Source of the DNA: a virus
Taxonomy: Duplodnaviria > Caudoviricetes
Reading direction: 5' to 3' (one strand)
Length of the DNA stretch: 27,807 nucleotides
IMG/VR virus record: IMGVR_UViG_3300017589_000125
Coordinates: 1-27,807 of that record
Part shown: positions 25,518 through 27,807 of the stretch, one piece after another
Numbering within the stretch: position 1 is the first letter of the stretch
How the letters are laid out: each line of letters starts with the position of its first letter
The notes under the pieces: model-generated
Seen by the model: only the letters and a program-made list of their open reading frames with translations
What the model was told of the DNA's origin: nothing
Databases searched by the model: none
Made by a program: the position numbers and the translations under genes

Positions 25518-25942
25518 AAGCAAAAGAATATCTAGGGCAGGCTTACAGACTTGACCAAAGAATAAACAGCAAACTAGAACAGGTGTCAGCGCTCAACAGC
25601 CTAGCTACAAAGGTTACGACTACCCTTAGTGATATGCCAAAAAAGCCAAACCGAGCAACCTCAACTATGGCAGATGCCGTTGAAAAAATCATTGACTTGC
25701 AAGCGAAAATAAACCTTGACATTGACTACCTTGTGAATTTAAAAAGTGAAATCGTAGCCGTTATTAACTCAATTAAAAACACTGAATACAAAACATTGCT
25801 CGAAAAAAGGTATCTCTGCTTTATGACTTGGGAGCAGATAGCCTTTGACATGGGTTATAGCATACAACATATCTACCGAATGAGGGACAAGGCACTGAAC
25901 GAAATATGTCCCCAAAAACTAAAAGATGATAGGAAATGTTAG
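25514..25942 (+). CDS. DUF1492/ArpU/RinA-like late transcriptional activator
   Basis: MKAKEYLGQAYRLDQRI...LLEKRYL..MTWEQIA..MGYS. Confidence 0.85.
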   Translation: MKAKEYLGQAYRLDQRINSKLEQVSALNSLATKVTTTLSDMPKKPNRATSTMADAVEKIIDLQAKINLDIDYLVNLKSEIVAVINSIKNTEYKTLLEKRYLCFMTWEQIAFDMGYSIQHIYRMRDKALNEICPQKLKDDRKC

Positions 25943-25971
25943 TAGATGTTCAAGGACATTTGTGTTATTAT
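25925..25971 (+). promoter_or_regulatory. Putative late promoter with phased activator repeats
   Basis: GATGATAG/AATGTTAG/GATGTTCA at a 10-bp period, then TGn-TATTAT. Confidence 0.55.
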
Positions 25972-25997
25972 CAGTGTAGAGAAATAGAATAAAACTT

Positions 25998-26025
25998 AGC
26001 CACCACAAAATCTGTGGTGGCTTTT
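25998..26025 (+). terminator. Terminator-like hairpin
   Basis: AGCCACCACA-aaatc-TGTGGTGGCT-TTT. Confidence 0.6.
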
Positions 26026-26052
26026 GCTATACAAAAAACGAGGTGAAAGCTT

Positions 26053-26412
26053 ATGCCATACAAACCAAAGAGCCCTTGTGCAAGCGCCGGTTGTAGTCTG
26101 CTTTGTGAACAGGGCGAAAGATACTGCGCCGAGCATAAAAAGCAGGTTGATAAACATTACAATAAGTTTCAGCGTGACCCAATGACTAGGAAATATTATG
26201 GCAGTCAGTGGAGGCGGGTTCGTGACAGATACATCAAGGCGCACCCTTTGTGTGAGCAGTGCCAAAGAAACGGACAGCTTACAACTGCGCAAGAAATACA
26301 TCATATACTTCCCCTATCAAAGGGTGGAACGCATGAAGTTAGTAATCTTATGGCACTCTGCAAGTCTTGTCACTCAAGAATTACAGTGGAAATGGGCGAC
26401 AGATGGGGGTAG
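26053..26412 (+). CDS. Terminase-associated HNH endonuclease
   Basis: PLCEQC, IHHILPLSKGG, NLMALCKSCH; directly upstream of terS. Confidence 0.92.
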   Translation: MPYKPKSPCASAGCSLLCEQGERYCAEHKKQVDKHYNKFQRDPMTRKYYGSQWRRVRDRYIKAHPLCEQCQRNGQLTTAQEIHHILPLSKGGTHEVSNLMALCKSCHSRITVEMGDRWG

Positions 26413-26653
26413 GGGGAGTACTTATCCCCTAAACTTTTACAAAAATGGAACGGTGTGGGGTGGCGTGTGAGAAAACGCAAATTCAAATGGGGTATATAAA
26501 GAGTTAAAAAGCATAATTAAAATTAACTTTCCTAAACTCTGCAAGTTTCGTGTTTGTATGGTCTGAGAGACCAAACTTTCGCAAGCTAAACCAACAAAAA
26601 ACATTCAAAACAATGTTTTTTTAATTCAAATTAAATCAAATGGGGGTGGAATT

Positions 26654-27184
26654 TTGGCTGGAAATCAAAACAGTGGAGGCGCTCGTGTGGGTGCAGGACG
26701 TAAGAAAAAACCTCTTGCTGAGAAAATAACGGATGGCAATTTAGGTAAACGCAAACTTAAAGTTATTGAGTTTCCCGACACCTCAGACCTTAACGGTGTC
26801 ACAATGCCACCACCGAATAAAATGCTATCGGCAAAACAAAAAGACGGTAAGAATCTAGTAGCCACTAAAATATATGAAGCGACTTGGAAATGGCTGAATG
26901 AACGTGGTTGCGCAACGCTCACCCCTCAGCAACTTCTAGAACGGTATGCTATGAGCGTTGCTCGTTGGATTCAGTGCGAGGAGTTCATTTCGCACCCAAC
27001 CACAGGCAACGCAATTCAAAGTCCATATGTTGCCATGAGCCAAAACTTTATGAGCCAAACAAACAGGTTGTGGATGGAAATATATCAGATTGTAAAAGAA
27101 AACTGTTCTAGTGAATACAAGGGTTTAAGCCCACAAGATGATGTCATGGAACGGCTATTGTCAGTGAGGAAAGGAAAATCATAA
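26654..27184 (+). CDS. Terminase small subunit (P27 family)
   Basis: GGARVGAGRK, ERYAMSVARWIQCEE, HPTTG...SPYV, IYQIVKENC. Confidence 0.85.
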   Translation: MAGNQNSGGARVGAGRKKKPLAEKITDGNLGKRKLKVIEFPDTSDLNGVTMPPPNKMLSAKQKDGKNLVATKIYEATWKWLNERGCATLTPQQLLERYAMSVARWIQCEEFISHPTTGNAIQSPYVAMSQNFMSQTNRLWMEIYQIVKENCSSEYKGLSPQDDVMERLLSVRKGKS

Positions 27185-27339
27185 TGGAGATAAGTCGGTT
27201 TATAAAATATCTTAAAAAGCATAAAGGTATGCTAACGAAAAAGCAGTTCAAAACCCTAAAAGGTCAAGCTCTTTCAGGTAATATTAATGGTGCTGAAAAA
27301 GGCATTCAAAAAATAATAGAGAGGAGTTTTTGTAGATGA
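27184..27339 (+). CDS. 51-aa phage hypothetical protein
   Basis: MEISRFIKYLKKHKGMLTKKQFKTLKGQALSGNINGAEKGIQKIIERSFCR*; coupled to both neighbours; RBS AAGGA. Confidence 0.7.
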   Translation: MEISRFIKYLKKHKGMLTKKQFKTLKGQALSGNINGAEKGIQKIIERSFCR

Positions 27340-27807
27340 ACATTCAAACTAAAAAGATTACAGACCTAAACCCTGCAGAATATAACCCTCGCAAAGACCT
27401 TAAAAATGGCGATGCCGAATATGAAAAACTTAAACGCTCGATTGAGGAGTTTGGTTATGTTGAGCCTGTAATTTGGAACAAGACAACAGGCAACGTTGTC
27501 GGAGGGCATCAACGATTAAAGGTTATGTCGGATATGGGAATTACCGAAGTCGAGTGCGTTGTTATCGAAATGGACGAAGAAAAAGAAAAGGCACTCAACA
27601 TCGCCCTTAACAAAATCAGTGGTGAGTGGGATAAAGACAAGTTGGCACTTCTTATCACAGACTTGCAAGGCGCAGATTTTGATGTTTCCCTAACAGGCTT
27701 TGACCCGAGCGAGATTGATGATTTGTTTGCTGATGTTGGGAATAAAGATGTCAAAGATGATAAGTTTGATTTATCTACTGCCTTGGAAAAGGCTGCATTT
27801 GTAGAGC
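27336..27807 (+). CDS. ParB-N domain protein, probably a phage DNA methylase (partial)
   Basis: MNIQTKKITDLNPAEYNPRKDL...KRSIEEFGYVEPVIWN...VVGGHQR...LNIALNKISGEWD; runs off the window edge. Confidence 0.85.
   Translation, partial: MNIQTKKITDLNPAEYNPRKDLKNGDAEYEKLKRSIEEFGYVEPVIWNKTTGNVVGGHQRLKVMSDMGITEVECVVIEMDEEKEKALNIALNKISGEWDKDKLALLITDLQGADFDVSLTGFDPSEIDDLFADVGNKDVKDDKFDLSTALEKAAFVE

Larger units (their letters stand above)
5200..27807. mobile_element. Temperate phage/prophage segment (defence, control, replication, start of packaging)
   Basis: Contiguous phage replication and packaging gene order; left boundary inferred from the att-like site. Confidence 0.85.

Overview
This is a low-GC, Clostridia-like window from a temperate phage or phage-like element. 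From left to right it holds: (1) the 3' end of a large serine recombinase gene; (2) a cargo pair, made of a 1361-aa secreted protein (Ca-binding repeats, vWA, class-3 lipase) and a small membrane protein; (3) an att-like inverted repeat at about 5.15-5.2 kb; (4) a defence cluster. The cluster has an HTH gene and a BbvI-like C5 methyltransferase on the + strand. On the - strand, one operon carries an ABC-three-component (Lamassu-like) module, an Xre HTH and a PLD nuclease + Z1 helicase restriction enzyme of the CglI/NgoAVII/BceSIV type, followed by a stand-alone B3-like gene. Next come (5) a divergent control region with a C4/CI-like structured RNA upstream of a sigma-70 region-4 gene; (6) the replication module (DUF2800, DUF2815, PolA, antirepressor, MazF-like, VapE primase-helicase, VRR-NUC, HNH, interrupted SNF2); and (7) the start of the late module (ArpU/RinA-like activator, HNH, small terminase, ParB-methylase). 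The best leads are a cloverleaf RNA with a complementary target over the sigma gene's ribosome-binding region, a Lamassu-like effector with a degenerate HNH in the repressor position, and a methyltransferase promoter built from its own probable GCWGC sites next to an orphan B3 reader. All family assignments come from motif recognition by eye, not from database searches.
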